Source: an uncultured Ruminococcus sp. (GTDB lineage Bacteria > Bacillota > Clostridia > Oscillospirales > Ruminococcaceae). Taken from it: 64,000 nucleotides of DNA. Numbering within the stretch: the first letter of the stretch is position 1; the number at the start of each line of letters is the position of its first letter. A program made the position numbers and the translations under genes. Shown here in pieces: positions 27,327-38,456 of this stretch. The notes under the pieces are model-generated. The model was given only the letters and a program-made list of their open reading frames with translations. It ran no database searches and was not told the DNA's origin. The stretch spans positions 325,238-389,237 of the forward strand of contig CADALT010000001.1 of assembly GCA_902788785.1 (NCBI GenBank), read 5' to 3'.

Positions 27327-28634
27327 TCACCTCCGCCTTACGAATTTAGCAATAAAAAAACCGTCAGAACCGAACATATCAGGTGTAATGGTCATTCTCG
27401 GCGAATCGCCCAATGCTCCGCCAAGAGCACAAGGCTCAAATTCGGCATGAGCTTTCAGGAAGCGCTCGACAACTTCATCATTCTCCGCCCTTGATACTGT
27501 ACAGGTCGAATAGACCAGCGTACCGCCGACTTTGACATATCTGCATGAGGTGTCAAGTATTTCATACTGCACCTGCGGAAGCCGTTCAAAATCCTTGGGA
27601 TCTTTATACTTGATCTCGGGCTTGCGTCTTATAACACCCAGACCCGAACAAGGTGCATCTACCAGAACTCTGTCAGCCTGCGGCAGGTCTTCTCTGAACA
27701 GCTTTGCGTTGTTCTCGTTAGCTTTGACACAGGTAAGTCCCAGCCTCTCTGCGCCGGACTGAATCAGCTTTACACGGTTTTTATGCAGGTCAAAAGCCAT
27801 GACCTTACCCACATTGCCCATCATTTCGGCTATAGTAAAAGTCTTGCCGCCGGGAGCTGAGCAAAGATCCAGCACCGTATCACCGGGCTGTGCATCAAGT
27901 GCGGCACAGCACAGCTGACTTGCCATATCCTGCACATGGAACCTGCCCTGCTTATAAGCTTTTGACTTCTCTATAGCACCTGATGCAGCCACATCTGCTG
28001 CATATTCAAATATCTTGCTGCGCTCAAAGGTCATGCCCTCCGAGGCGAGCATATCTAAAGTATCCTCCGCTGTGCCCGACAAGTTATTAAGCCTTACAGT
28101 TGTAGGCGCACGCCCTACCGACGCCTCAAGCATTGTCAAGCAGACTTCCTTGCCATACTCTTTCTGCCATTTTTCGACCAGCCACAAGGGGCATGAGTAT
28201 TCCAGAGAGAGCCTTTCCTGCTCAGTCTTAGCCTTTGGCAGAGCTTTATCCCTTCGGATAAACTCTCTGAGCATACCGTTGACAAAACCGGGGGCTGCGG
28301 TGTTGCGGCATTTCTTTGCCAGCTCCACCGACTCATCCACCGCTGCATTATCAGGCACGGAGTCCATATATTTCAGCTGATACAGTCCTGTCCTCAGGAT
28401 ATTGCGGACAGTATAGTTCAGCTTGTTTTTCGGATTTTTGGAAAGGTCTGCTATTATTGCATCCAGCGTGAGCTGACGTTCGAGCACGCCGTAAAACAGC
28501 GCAGAAATGAACTTCTTATCACGCCTGTCAAAATCGCTTCTGCTCAAAGCTTCGTCAAGAAGTATATTTGAGTAGGACGAATTTTCATCCAGCTTAGTCA
28601 GCAGCCTGACCGTAAATTTTCTTGTGTTTCCCAA
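27327..28634 (-). CDS. rsmB: 16S rRNA (cytosine967-C5)-methyltransferase
   Basis: 435 aa. NusB-like N-terminus plus DLCSAPGGKT and DAPCSG motifs. Confidence 0.9.
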   Translation of the reverse strand: MGNTRKFTVRLLTKLDENSSYSNILLDEALSRSDFDRRDKKFISALFYGVLERQLTLDAIIADLSKNPKNKLNYTVRNILRTGLYQLKYMDSVPDNAAVDESVELAKKCRNTAAPGFVNGMLREFIRRDKALPKAKTEQERLSLEYSCPLWLVEKWQKEYGKEVCLTMLEASVGRAPTTVRLNNLSGTAEDTLDMLASEGMTFERSKIFEYAADVAASGAIEKSKAYKQGRFHVQDMASQLCCAALDAQPGDTVLDLCSAPGGKTFTIAEMMGNVGKVMAFDLHKNRVKLIQSGAERLGLTCVKANENNAKLFREDLPQADRVLVDAPCSGLGVIRRKPEIKYKDPKDFERLPQVQYEILDTSCRYVKVGGTLVYSTCTVSRAENDEVVERFLKAHAEFEPCALGGALGDSPRMTITPDMFGSDGFFIAKFVRRR

Positions 28635-28669
28635 ATTTTGCTCCTCCAGCCGACAAGTTTATCGTCTTG

Positions 28670-29602
28670 TCATTTCCCAAGCACAGTACCTTCTTTAACA
28701 GGCTTGCCACGCAGGTAATCCGCAGTTTTCATACGCTTTGAACCCTCTGCCTGAATCTCGGTAAATCTTACCAGACCATCACCGCAGGCAACTGTAAAGT
28801 CTTTAGCCTTGACTATCGTACCAGGTACTGCATTCGACTTTCCATCAACGATCTCGGATCTGTAGACTTTCAAACGCTTGCCCTCAACGGTAGTTGTTGC
28901 GCAGGGCCAGTCGGAAAGACCGCATATCTGCTTATGGACCTGACGAGCAGTCTTGGTGAAATCTATGGGACAAAGTTCCTTTGAGAGCATGGGCGCATAG
29001 CTAGCCTCGTCCTCATTCTGGGGAACAGGTGTTACCTCGCCTTTTTCAAGCTTTTCAAGGGTAGTTAGCAGAAGTTCTGCGCCCATGTCAGCCAATCTGT
29101 CGAAAAGTTCCGCAGCTGTTTCATTCTCACCGATCTCGGTCTCGCATTTGAGCAGCATATCACCTGTATCAAGACCTTCGCCCATGAGCATGGTAGTGAT
29201 GCCCGTGGTCTTTTCATCGTTGAGAACAGCCCACTGTATGGGACCTGCGCCCCTGTATTTCGGAAGGAGCGAGCCGTGCACGTTCACACAGCCGTACTTA
29301 GGTATATCGAGCACAGCCTTCGGGAGTATCTTGCCGTATGCTGCGACCACGATACAATCGGGTGCAAGATCACGCAGGATCTCTATGAACTCCTCGCCGC
29401 CGTTTTTAAGGCTGACAGGCTGGTATACAGGCACATTTTTCTCCGCAGCTGCGACCTTTACAGGCGGAGGAGTTATCTTGTTGCCCCTGCCCTTGGGCTT
29501 ATCGGGCTGACAGAAGACTGCCTGCACCTCATGACCTGCACCAAACAGGGCATTAAGAGAAGGTACAGCGAAATCGGGAGTACCCATAAAAACTATCTTC
29601 AT
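28670..29602 (-). CDS. fmt: Methionyl-tRNA formyltransferase
   Basis: MKIVFMGTPDFAVPSL...NVHGSLLPKYRGAGPIQ. Confidence 0.95.
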   Translation of the reverse strand: MKIVFMGTPDFAVPSLNALFGAGHEVQAVFCQPDKPKGRGNKITPPPVKVAAAEKNVPVYQPVSLKNGGEEFIEILRDLAPDCIVVAAYGKILPKAVLDIPKYGCVNVHGSLLPKYRGAGPIQWAVLNDEKTTGITTMLMGEGLDTGDMLLKCETEIGENETAAELFDRLADMGAELLLTTLEKLEKGEVTPVPQNEDEASYAPMLSKELCPIDFTKTARQVHKQICGLSDWPCATTTVEGKRLKVYRSEIVDGKSNAVPGTIVKAKDFTVACGDGLVRFTEIQAEGSKRMKTADYLRGKPVKEGTVLGK

Positions 29603-30066
29603 TGTTCATCTACCTCAACATATTCCTCAACGATCTCTGTGAACAGATGACCGTCAAGATGAGCCAGTTCGTGGCAAACAGCCTGAGCAAAGAGTTCTGT
29701 TACCTCCATCTCATACCACTCGCCGTTTCTGTCCTGGGCTTTGAATTTAACGCTCATGGGTCTTGTAACATATCCCCACTCACCGGGGCAGGACAGACAA
29801 CCCTCGACAACACGCTGAGTTTCCTCAGACTGCCATGTGATCTCGGGATTTATCAGCTCATAAACATTTCCGTCGCCAACGTCTATAATACAAAATCTAC
29901 GCAGGATAGCCACCTGAGGCGCAGCAAGACCCACACCGTTCGCCTGGGCAAGGGTCTCTTTCATATCATCTAGCCATGTCCACAGCTTCTGATCGAATTT
30001 TTCCACGGGGCGGCATACCTTATGCAGAGTTTCATCGCTTTTATTAAGAATATTCCTGACTGCCAT
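29599..30066 (-). CDS. def: Peptide deformylase
   Basis: GVGLAAPQV, EGCLS and HELAHLDG motifs. Overlaps the fmt start by 4 nt. Confidence 0.95.
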   Translation of the reverse strand: MAVRNILNKSDETLHKVCRPVEKFDQKLWTWLDDMKETLAQANGVGLAAPQVAILRRFCIIDVGDGNVYELINPEITWQSEETQRVVEGCLSCPGEWGYVTRPMSVKFKAQDRNGEWYEMEVTELFAQAVCHELAHLDGHLFTEIVEEYVEVDEQ

Positions 30067-30083
30067 TTTTGCACTTTCCTTTC

Positions 30084-32534
30084 CTAAAGTCCGATATCTC
30101 CGTTAATATCGGCATATATATGTACATCCTTCAGTTCCCTGTTATCATTGAGACTTTTGAGCACAGCTCTTATCATCCTGCGGAAACATCCGGTGTTTCT
30201 TATCTTGAGTATCAGCCTGTACCTGAATTTGCCGTTGATTGTCTCCAGAGTACATGGTGCGGGACCGATCGCCCTCATGGGGAAATCGACCTTGTTTGAA
30301 CGTATATATTCGGCTATGAGTTTTTCGGTCATTTCAGCCGCCTTGATAGCTCGGCTTTCCATCGGTGCGGAAAAACCTATTACACATATATCGCAGTAAG
30401 GCGGATAGATCAGCGACTGCCGCAGTGCTATCTCTTCCTCATAGAACTCATCATAGTTCTGCTGTGCTGCAAGATTCAGCACATAATGGTCGGGCACAAA
30501 GGTCTGTATATATGCAACTCCGGGCTTGCTGCCTCTGCCGCTTCTGCCTGCCACCTGAGTAAGCAGCGAGAATGTGCGCTCATAACTTCTGTAATCACCC
30601 GTAAACAGCGCTTTATCAAGGGAAATCACACCTACCAGAGTAACGTCGGGAAAATTAAGTCCCTTAGCTATCATCTGGGTACCCAGCATGATATCATACT
30701 CATGGTTCTCGAATGCCTTGAAGTTTTCCTCATAAGCATAGCGTGAGGTCGTGGTATCCGCATCCATACGGAGTATCCTCGCCTCGGGATATATCCTTGC
30801 GACCTCATCTTCAACACGCTGTGTACCAACACCGCTCGACCTCAGTTTAGGTGATCCGCATGATGGGCAAACCGCGTTATTATCCATGGTGAAACCACAG
30901 TAATGACACATGAAACGGTCATTTTTTCTATGATATGTCAACGGGATATTGCACTTGGGACAAACCACAGGCTGTCGGCATTCGGCACAGCTGATATAGG
31001 TGGTGAAACCTCGTCTGTTGAGCAGAAGTATCGCCTGTTCACCTCTTGAAAGCGTATCTGTCAGCCTGTCTGCCAGAGTACGGCTCAGCAGGCTGTCATT
31101 GCCCTGGGCTGCCTCAGTCTGCATATCGACTATCTCCACATCAGGCAGGGCCGCATCCTTATAGCGATGTTTAAGAGTAAACAGGTGGAAACGCCCTTGT
31201 TTTGCATGGTAAAAAGTTTCCAGTGATGGTGTGGCAGATGCTAGCAGCAGCAATGCGCCGTTATGACCGCAGCGCTGTATAGCCACATCTCTGGCATGGT
31301 ATCTGGGATTTGAGTCCGATTTATAGGACTGTTCACCCTCCTCATCCATGATTATGACACCTATATCCTGTGCAGGTGCGAACACTGCGCTCCTCGTACC
31401 GATTATTATTTTAGCTTCGCCACGCTTTATGCGCTTGAACTCATCCATACGCTGTCCCAATGACAGTGAGGAATGCAGCAAAGCTATCTTCTCGCCGAAA
31501 AGCACCTTGAACTTAGCAACCATCTGTGGAGTAAGGGATATCTCAGGAACGAGCATAACAGCGGTCTTGCCCATATTCACAACAGAGTCGATGACCCTGA
31601 TAAAGACAGATGTTTTTCCGCTGCCGGTGACACCGTAAAGCAATGCACCTGCGGGTCTGCCCGCACGTATAAGCTCCATGATGCCGTCATAGGCTTTTGA
31701 CTGCTCGGCATTGAGCCTGATATCCTCGGGATCCTGTCTTTCGGTAACTGCCCCCACCGCATCACGCATGACCTCGTGTTCAAAGATACGCACCACGTTC
31801 TTCTCACTGAGTCGCTTTACAATGGTAGCTGTACAGCCCGTCATATAGCAAAGTTCCTTAACGGAAGCCGCACCGCTTTCTTCCAGCAGGCTGACGACTT
31901 TTTTCTGCTTTGGAGTAAGGTCTGCGTCCTCATATCCCGGCACCAGCTCAGCCATCTTAACGCTGTCGTCACCGACTTTACGCTTAAAGTCCTGAGTTTC
32001 CTCCACATAGCCCTTATCTATCAGCATTTCCAGCGGCTTTTTGCGTTTTGGAAATTCTTTGAGATCAAAAAACTTATCTATCTCCTGCTGATCTTCACAG
32101 CCTTCAAGAAAATCGACTATCTCAATTTCCTCATCGCTGAGTTTTTCCCTTTCTATAAGGGTATTTACCAGCCCGTAGTGAAGATCGACCTTATAGGAGT
32201 AGCCTGTGGGAACAACACTCTTAAAAGCATCATAATAGGTACAAAATGTATTTTCTTTCAGCCAGAAGATGATCTTCATCATCTCATCTGTCACAAGGCT
32301 TTCGCTGTCGATGACAGCAAGCACAGGTTTAAGTCCCTGTGTCTCGCCCGTTTCGACCTTAGTCACAAGCCCTATAACACGCTTATTGCCCTTGCCGAAA
32401 GATACCAGTACCCTCATGCCTGCTTTGAGCTTTGATGCAAACTTTTCGGGCACAAGGTAGCTGTATTCAGCATCAAAGCTGTAAGCTGCGTGACTGAGTG
32501 CCACACCTGCAACAGTTCCCTCACTGCCCATCAT
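30084..32534 (-). CDS. priA: Primosomal protein N' (replication restart helicase)
   Basis: 816 aa. Walker A GVTGSGKT, DEEH-type box (IIMDEEGE) and a Cys-rich zinc region (CAECRQPVVCPKC...CHYCG...CPSCG). Confidence 0.95.
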   Translation of the reverse strand: MMGSEGTVAGVALSHAAYSFDAEYSYLVPEKFASKLKAGMRVLVSFGKGNKRVIGLVTKVETGETQGLKPVLAVIDSESLVTDEMMKIIFWLKENTFCTYYDAFKSVVPTGYSYKVDLHYGLVNTLIEREKLSDEEIEIVDFLEGCEDQQEIDKFFDLKEFPKRKKPLEMLIDKGYVEETQDFKRKVGDDSVKMAELVPGYEDADLTPKQKKVVSLLEESGAASVKELCYMTGCTATIVKRLSEKNVVRIFEHEVMRDAVGAVTERQDPEDIRLNAEQSKAYDGIMELIRAGRPAGALLYGVTGSGKTSVFIRVIDSVVNMGKTAVMLVPEISLTPQMVAKFKVLFGEKIALLHSSLSLGQRMDEFKRIKRGEAKIIIGTRSAVFAPAQDIGVIIMDEEGEQSYKSDSNPRYHARDVAIQRCGHNGALLLLASATPSLETFYHAKQGRFHLFTLKHRYKDAALPDVEIVDMQTEAAQGNDSLLSRTLADRLTDTLSRGEQAILLLNRRGFTTYISCAECRQPVVCPKCNIPLTYHRKNDRFMCHYCGFTMDNNAVCPSCGSPKLRSSGVGTQRVEDEVARIYPEARILRMDADTTTSRYAYEENFKAFENHEYDIMLGTQMIAKGLNFPDVTLVGVISLDKALFTGDYRSYERTFSLLTQVAGRSGRGSKPGVAYIQTFVPDHYVLNLAAQQNYDEFYEEEIALRQSLIYPPYCDICVIGFSAPMESRAIKAAEMTEKLIAEYIRSNKVDFPMRAIGPAPCTLETINGKFRYRLILKIRNTGCFRRMIRAVLKSLNDNRELKDVHIYADINGDIGL

Positions 32535-32551
32535 CAGTTCCTCCGCTCAGA

Positions 32552-32764
32552 TCAATTTTTCAGGGATGCGTCCTCGATTATTTTATACTCGCCTGCTGCG
32601 AACTCGTCAACAGCGGTCTTTACAGGCTTTTCTTCAAGAACGCTCTCGTTCTCGCAAGCCTCGTCAGTGATCTCTCTTGCACGTTTTGCAACGGCGATCA
32701 CCAGTGAATAATAGCTCTCATTATTTTTCAGTATCTGACAAACTGCAGGTCTAAGCATTTTCAA
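32552..32764 (-). CDS. rpoZ: DNA-directed RNA polymerase subunit omega
   Basis: 70 aa. NESYYSLVIAVAKRAREI fits RpoZ, and the position between gmk and priA is conserved. Confidence 0.85.
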   Translation of the reverse strand: MKMLRPAVCQILKNNESYYSLVIAVAKRAREITDEACENESVLEEKPVKTAVDEFAAGEYKIIEDASLKN

Positions 32765-33395
32765 GCACCTCTCTGATCATATTCTTTATATCTTCATTAA
32801 CGGGACTGAACTTCACTGCCTCGGGAGCATCTCCACGTATACCGTCGATAACGGCACGGAAATCTGCCAGAGCATCGTCCAGCTCGTCATTCATTATCAC
32901 GTAATCGTATTTATCTGCCTTTTCGATCTCACCGGCAGCCTGAGCGACCCTTTTCTTTATGGTCTCCTCATCCTCTGTACCTCTCTTGCGAAGCCTTCTT
33001 TCAAGCTCCTTTATAGAGGGCGGCAGGATAAATATGGAGTGAGCATCGGGTCTTATGTTCATTACCTTGAACGCACCCTGGGTCTCTATCTCAAGGATAA
33101 CGTCCTTACCTGCTGCAAGATTATCCAGCACGGGTCTTTTGGGGGTACCGTAGTATTTATCCGAATACCTTGCATATTCCAGGAAACCGTCTTCTGATAT
33201 CATTTGCTTGAACTCATCTATAGTCAGAAAATGATATGTCACACCCGGTTTATCCTCAGATGGTCTTGGGTCTCTTGTGGTACATGATACTGAGTAGAAC
33301 ACCTCATTATCATTGAACACTCTATGCATTATAGTACCCTTGCCGCAGCCCGATGGTGCGGACACGATTATAAGCTTGGGTTCTCTTTTATCCAT
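32751..33395 (-). CDS. gmk: Guanylate kinase
   Basis: [14 protein letters not shown]...SCTTR...E..G..YGT. The start is trimmed to ATG 33395 (gaggaggaagttgaggATG). Confidence 0.95.
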   Translation of the reverse strand: MDKREPKLIIVSAPSGCGKGTIMHRVFNDNEVFYSVSCTTRDPRPSEDKPGVTYHFLTIDEFKQMISEDGFLEYARYSDKYYGTPKRPVLDNLAAGKDVILEIETQGAFKVMNIRPDAHSIFILPPSIKELERRLRKRGTEDEETIKKRVAQAAGEIEKADKYDYVIMNDELDDALADFRAVIDGIRGDAPEAVKFSPVNEDIKNMIREVLENA

Positions 33396-33639
33396 CCTCA
33401 ACTTCCTCCTCTGCTGCCCTGCCGCAGACTGTTTCGGTCGCAACGGCTGACAGCACCACATGATCGCTGTCCATTATTATGACTGTTCTTGTCTTTCTGC
33501 CGTAGGTCGCATCAATGAGCGTACCCTTATCTCTCGACTCCTGTATCAGTCTTTTGACGGGTGCGGAATCGGGAGCTATCACAGCAATGACTCTTGCGGC
33601 AGACACCATGTTGCCGTAGCCTATATTTATCATCTGCAT
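33388..33639 (-). CDS. remA: RemA / DUF370 family regulator
   Basis: [63 protein letters not shown] is near-identical in pattern to B. subtilis RemA. The exact start is uncertain (33639 or 33633). Confidence 0.9.
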   Translation of the reverse strand: MQMINIGYGNMVSAARVIAVIAPDSAPVKRLIQESRDKGTLIDATYGRKTRTVIIMDSDHVVLSAVATETVCGRAAEEEVEDG

Positions 33640-33651
33640 AAAACAGATCAC

Positions 33652-34539
33652 CTACTCGATATTCTGTATCTGCTCTCTGATCTTTTCGATCTCGGCTTTA
33701 AGATCAACTACCATTCTGGCGATGGTCAGATCATTAGCCTTGGAGCCGATGGTATTGACTTCCCTATTGACCTCCTGCACCAGAAAATCCAGCTTTCTGC
33801 CCACAGGTTCATCGGACTTGATAAGGTCACGGAACTGGGAGATATGGCTGCGCAGCCTTACTGTCTCCTCATCGATAGCGACCTTATCCGCAAAGATAGC
33901 AACTTCTGTCAGCACACGCTGATGGTCGATCTTATCGATATCCAGCGACTTCAATGTTTCACTGATCTTCTCATAAAGTCTGTCGCTGTAGCTTTTTGCC
34001 ACTGATGGCTGATACTCTTCGATCTTGCCAACGGTCTCTTCGATAAAATCAAGGCGTGAGCTTACGTCCTCATACATCTTGACACCTTCGGTCTCACGCA
34101 TCTGCACAAATCTTTCAAGAGCAGTCTGTGCAACGCCCTTTACCTGATTCCAGATGACTTCCTCATCTTCGGTCTTCTTGACAACTGTGAAAACATCGGG
34201 CATACGCATTATATTGGAAAGTGCCAGATCGTCCCTCAGATCAAGTTCGTTTGAAGCTGCTCTGAGTGCATCGAGATAGCCCTTTGCCACAGGCAGGTTC
34301 AGCTCGATCTCGGCATCTGTGCCCTCCTGATTATAAATGCTTACTGCGACCTCTACCTTACCTCGTGAGATACCGCCTTTGAGGAAAGATTTCAGCTTTT
34401 CATCAAGATAGCCGTATGTTCGGGGAGTTCTTGCTGTAAATTCAAAGTATCTGTGGTTGACCGATCTGATCTCCACGATGATCTCTCTGCCCTCGGCAAT
34501 AACGTGTTCCCTGCCGAAGCCTGTCATACTCTTAATCAT
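33652..34539 (-). CDS. yicC: YicC family stress-induced protein
   Basis: MIKSMTGFGRE...RSVNHRY...LVQEVNREVNTIGSK. The start is trimmed to ATG 34539. Confidence 0.9.
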   Translation of the reverse strand: MIKSMTGFGREHVIAEGREIIVEIRSVNHRYFEFTARTPRTYGYLDEKLKSFLKGGISRGKVEVAVSIYNQEGTDAEIELNLPVAKGYLDALRAASNELDLRDDLALSNIMRMPDVFTVVKKTEDEEVIWNQVKGVAQTALERFVQMRETEGVKMYEDVSSRLDFIEETVGKIEEYQPSVAKSYSDRLYEKISETLKSLDIDKIDHQRVLTEVAIFADKVAIDEETVRLRSHISQFRDLIKSDEPVGRKLDFLVQEVNREVNTIGSKANDLTIARMVVDLKAEIEKIREQIQNIE

Positions 34540-34657
34540 ATATCTGCTTTCCTTTCGAGTTAATTTCAAAGCACAATATTCAAATTATATTATAGCATTT
34601 TTCCCTCAATAAAGCAAGGTTTTTTCACAATATTTTATGATTGTTTTTACATTTAAT

Positions 34658-35305
34658 TCATATATCACCAAGAGCTTCGGAAAGTGATGCACCGACAGCC
34701 TTATTTGGATATTTTTCAAAGGTCATTTTATCAGTTGAGCCTGTGGTGACAGCGGCAAAATCAACACCTGCGTTAACGGCAGTTTCGGCATCTATAAAGC
34801 TGTCTCCGATGTAAAGTACCTCTTCTCTGCCTACTCCCAGGAGTTCCATAGCCTTATTCAGCCCCTGCGGATCGGGCTTGGGCGCAGAGACATCTTCAAG
34901 CCCCACTATGAGATCATAGGGATGCACGCCCAGCTGCATCTCGAAAGACTCGACTATCCTATAGCGCATCTTTGTTGAGACTATACCGACCTTAGCGCCT
35001 TGTTCACGGAGTTTTGTGAGCATCGGCAGAGTATCCTCATAAAAGAAAGTATTTGCAGACATGACCTCATTTGCTTTTTCCACATATATCTTACGCATCT
35101 CTTCACGCAGAGGATGCATGGGAGTATCTGTGAGGATATCAAAAGAATCCTGCAAAGTATGCCCGATGGTATCATATATCTTCTTATCATCGGGAACTTT
35201 CAGACCGAAATGCCGCAGGGTATGCTTAAAGCAAAGCAGTATGCCCTTCGATGAATCTGCAAGGGTCAGATCAAAGTCAAATATATAAGCCTTATAGTCA
35301 GCCAT
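34658..35305 (-). CDS. HAD-superfamily hydrolase (phosphoglycolate phosphatase-like)
   Basis: YIFDFDLTLADS (DxD motif), VSTK and GDSFIDAETA. The start is set at MADYKAY (ATG 35305). Confidence 0.8.
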   Translation of the reverse strand: MADYKAYIFDFDLTLADSSKGILLCFKHTLRHFGLKVPDDKKIYDTIGHTLQDSFDILTDTPMHPLREEMRKIYVEKANEVMSANTFFYEDTLPMLTKLREQGAKVGIVSTKMRYRIVESFEMQLGVHPYDLIVGLEDVSAPKPDPQGLNKAMELLGVGREEVLYIGDSFIDAETAVNAGVDFAAVTTGSTDKMTFEKYPNKAVGASLSEALGDI

Positions 35306-35359
35306 ATCGCACCTCACAAAAGGACAGCCAAGGGGCAATGCTCCATGGCTGTCATGATA

Positions 35360-37180
35360 TTATTCTACTGTTACGGACTTAGCCAGGTTCCTGGGCTTAT
35401 CCACATCGTTGCCCCTGAGTACCGATGTATAATATGCTATGAGCTGCAGAGGCACTACAGCTGTCATAGGCATCAAGAGGTCATCAATAGAGGGCACTGT
35501 GATAACACAGTCAGCCGCATCGGGGTCAACGTCCTTACCCTCATGCGTAACAAGGACAACATAGGCACCTCTTGCCTTGACTTCCTTGACATTGCTGATA
35601 GTCTTATCGAAAAGCTCTCTCTGGGTAGCCACAGCGATAACGGGCATTTCCTCTGTTACCAGTGAGATAGTGCCGTGCTTGAGTTCGCCTGCGGCATATG
35701 ACTCGGAATGGATATATGATATCTCTTTGAGTTTCAGCGAACCTTCCATCGAAAGGGCATAATCAAGGCCTCTGCCTATATAAAGCAGATTTTCTGTATT
35801 AACAAGCTTTGATGCCACATACTGGCAGTCATCGGGCTTAGCTACTATAGCCTCTATCTGGTCGGGAACTTCCTGAAGCTGTGCAACGAGTCTTCTGCAC
35901 TCATCCTCGGTTATCTTCTCATTAGCATATGCAAGGGCAAATGCTATGAGGTAGAACACTGAAAGCTGCACCATATATGCCTTTGTAGATGCCACGGAGA
36001 TCTCGGGACCTGCATGGGTATACAGCACCATATCGGACTCTCTTGCTATGGACGAACCCTTTACGTTTACGATGGAAAGAGTATCGGCACCATTGCGCTT
36101 TGCAAGTCTGAGTGCTTCAAGAGTATCGGCAGTCTCGCCTGACTGAGATACCAGTATAACAAGATCCTTCTCAGAGAGGATAGGATCTCTGTATCTGAAT
36201 TCGGAAGCCACATCAACAGTTACCTTGATACGTGCGGTCTTCTCGATGACGTACTTGCCCACCAGACCTGCGTGCATAGCTGTACCGCAGGCAACCACGA
36301 AGATATTCTCATAGCTTTTAAGTCTGTCATAGGTCATGCCGCACTCGGTAAGATCGGGCATACCGTTGGTTATCCTGGGTGTGATGGTGGTCTTTACGGC
36401 AGAAGGCTGATCGTGTATCTCCTTGATCATGTAGTGAGGGAAATTGCCCTTCTTGGCAGCTTCCTCATCGAAATCAGCGATATGCATCTGCTTCTTGATA
36501 CGCGTGCCGTGATCGTCGTAGAACTCTACTCCATCGGGCTTGAGGATAGCTATCTCATCCTGATCCAGCAGATAGTAGTTCTTGGTATATTTGAGTATAG
36601 CAGGAACGTCAGATGCGATGAAAGACTCGCCCTCGCCAACTGCAACGATCAGCGGAGAGTCCTTTCTTACTGCGTATATCCTGTCGGGATAGTCCTTGAA
36701 CATGATACCCAGTGCATATGAACCCTCGACCTCATCGATAACTCTCTGAATAGCCTGAAGAGGGTTGCCCTCATAGAAACAGTCAAGCAGCTTGGCTACT
36801 GTCTCGGTATCGGTCTCGCTCTCGAAAGTATAGCCCTTTCTTACAAGGAACTCCTTGATCTTTTTATAGTTCTCGATAATGCCGTTATGCACGATGGTGA
36901 CATTGGCATTGCCGTGAGGGTGCGAATTTACGTCGGAGGGTTCGCCATGGGTAGCCCATCTGGTATGGCCTATGCCGCAGTGACCTGACAAAGTGCCCTC
37001 TTTTTCCATCTTATTCACAAGATCGGCGATCTTGCCCTTTGCCTTACGGGTCTTGATCTCACCATTCTCGAAAACGGCGATACCAGCGGAATCGTAACCT
37101 CTGTATTCCAGCTTTGAAAGGGAGTTCAGCAGTACCTCTGTACACTCCTTAGAACCAACATAACCAACTATGCCGCACAT
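35360..37180 (-). CDS. glmS: Glutamine--fructose-6-phosphate aminotransferase
   Basis: 606 aa. MCGIVGY N-terminal nucleophile, two SIS domains, and C-terminal NLAKSVTVE. Confidence 0.97.
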   Translation of the reverse strand: MCGIVGYVGSKECTEVLLNSLSKLEYRGYDSAGIAVFENGEIKTRKAKGKIADLVNKMEKEGTLSGHCGIGHTRWATHGEPSDVNSHPHGNANVTIVHNGIIENYKKIKEFLVRKGYTFESETDTETVAKLLDCFYEGNPLQAIQRVIDEVEGSYALGIMFKDYPDRIYAVRKDSPLIVAVGEGESFIASDVPAILKYTKNYYLLDQDEIAILKPDGVEFYDDHGTRIKKQMHIADFDEEAAKKGNFPHYMIKEIHDQPSAVKTTITPRITNGMPDLTECGMTYDRLKSYENIFVVACGTAMHAGLVGKYVIEKTARIKVTVDVASEFRYRDPILSEKDLVILVSQSGETADTLEALRLAKRNGADTLSIVNVKGSSIARESDMVLYTHAGPEISVASTKAYMVQLSVFYLIAFALAYANEKITEDECRRLVAQLQEVPDQIEAIVAKPDDCQYVASKLVNTENLLYIGRGLDYALSMEGSLKLKEISYIHSESYAAGELKHGTISLVTEEMPVIAVATQRELFDKTISNVKEVKARGAYVVLVTHEGKDVDPDAADCVITVPSIDDLLMPMTAVVPLQLIAYYTSVLRGNDVDKPRNLAKSVTVE

Positions 37181-37406
37181 TAAAACGACACTCCTTTCGG
37201 AAAATAAATTATCTTCACCTTATTATTTTTATGTAAACCTATCAAGTTTGCACATTCAATACAATAACACTCATATATCATATCACATCAGTAAAATAAA
37301 ATCAATAGATTTCATCAATATTTCAGAAAAAGGGGTTTTCATATGTAAAAAAATATGATATAATATATGTGAAAAATTGTAGATATTATACTAATGGAGG
37401 TAAATA

Positions 37407-38012
37407 ATGTCAACACTCAATGAAAACAAAGAAAGATTTGTGCAGATATACCGTGAGAACATAACTCGTCCCGGGGCTGACAAGCTGCTGAACTATCTGC
37501 TGAGCGAGAGCAGCGACTTTTTCACGGCACCTGCTTCAACACGCTATCACTGTGCTTATGAAGGCGGACTTTGCGATCACAGCCTGCACGTTTACGACTG
37601 CCTGAAAGCTTATCTGGAAAGAGAACGTGTGACTGACGAATACGGGCTGTCTTACCCTGATGAGAGCATAGCGGTGGTGGCACTTTTGCATGATATATGC
37701 AAGGTGAATCTCTACCGTGTAAGTATGCGCAACCGCAAGAACGATGAGACAGGTCAGTGGGAGAAAGTCCCGTTCTACGAGTTCCACGATACGCTCCCCT
37801 ACGGACACGGCGAGAAATCGGTATACATAGTCAGCAGCTATATGCGCCTGACCCGTGAGGAAGCCATGGCTATAAGATGGCACATGGGTTTTTCGGGTGA
37901 GGAGAACACCAACACCATCGGCAGGGCGCTGGGTATGTATCCGCTGGCGCTCGCAACTCATATTGCGGATATGGAAGCTACTTTCTACATCGAGGGAGAG
38001 GAAGATAACTGA
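37407..38012 (+). CDS. HD-domain phosphohydrolase (YhaM C-terminal-like)
   Basis: 201 aa with TAPASTRYHCAYEGGLCDHSLHV and LLHDICK motifs. Confidence 0.7.
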   Translation: MSTLNENKERFVQIYRENITRPGADKLLNYLLSESSDFFTAPASTRYHCAYEGGLCDHSLHVYDCLKAYLERERVTDEYGLSYPDESIAVVALLHDICKVNLYRVSMRNRKNDETGQWEKVPFYEFHDTLPYGHGEKSVYIVSSYMRLTREEAMAIRWHMGFSGEENTNTIGRALGMYPLALATHIADMEATFYIEGEEDN

Positions 38013-38455
38013 TGCGCATATTCGTTGATGCGGACGGCTGCCCTGTGGTCGGTCTGACAATAAAATGCGCTGATAACTTCGGTGTGGCTGTGACGCTTGT
38101 CTGCGATACGGCACACGACTTCTCAAAACGAGGTGTTGAAGTCATCACGGCTGACAAGGGCGCTGACAGCGCAGATTTCGTGCTGGTGAACCTTATCTCC
38201 AAAGGAGATATAGTTGTAACGCAGGACTACGGACTTGCTGCCATGTGCCTGGCAAAAAAAGCAAATGTTATAGATCAGAACGGCATGATATACGATGACG
38301 ACAACATCGACTCGCTGCTGTTGAGCAGACATATCAGCAAGAAACTAAGGCGCAGCGGTCAGCGCATGAAAGGTCCCCACAAGAGAACAGCCGACAATGA
38401 TGAGCGCTTTCGTGAGACTCTTGAAAAGCTGCTCAGAAACTTAACGGAGGTCTGA
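38012..38455 (+). CDS. YaiI/YqxD family protein (UPF0178, DUF188)
   Basis: MRIFVDADGCPV...DSADFVLVN...GDIVVTQDYGLA is the family signature. The start shares a base with the upstream stop (TGATG). Confidence 0.85.
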   Translation: MRIFVDADGCPVVGLTIKCADNFGVAVTLVCDTAHDFSKRGVEVITADKGADSADFVLVNLISKGDIVVTQDYGLAAMCLAKKANVIDQNGMIYDDDNIDSLLLSRHISKKLRRSGQRMKGPHKRTADNDERFRETLEKLLRNLTEV

Positions 38456-38456
38456 A

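Noticed and set aside
37181-37406. glmS ribozyme expected in the 5' UTR of glmS, as in many Firmicutes
   Set aside because: The 226-bp divergent intergenic region is very AT-rich. I could not find the conserved GC-rich ribozyme core (AGCGCC...GACGAGG-type elements) on the minus strand.
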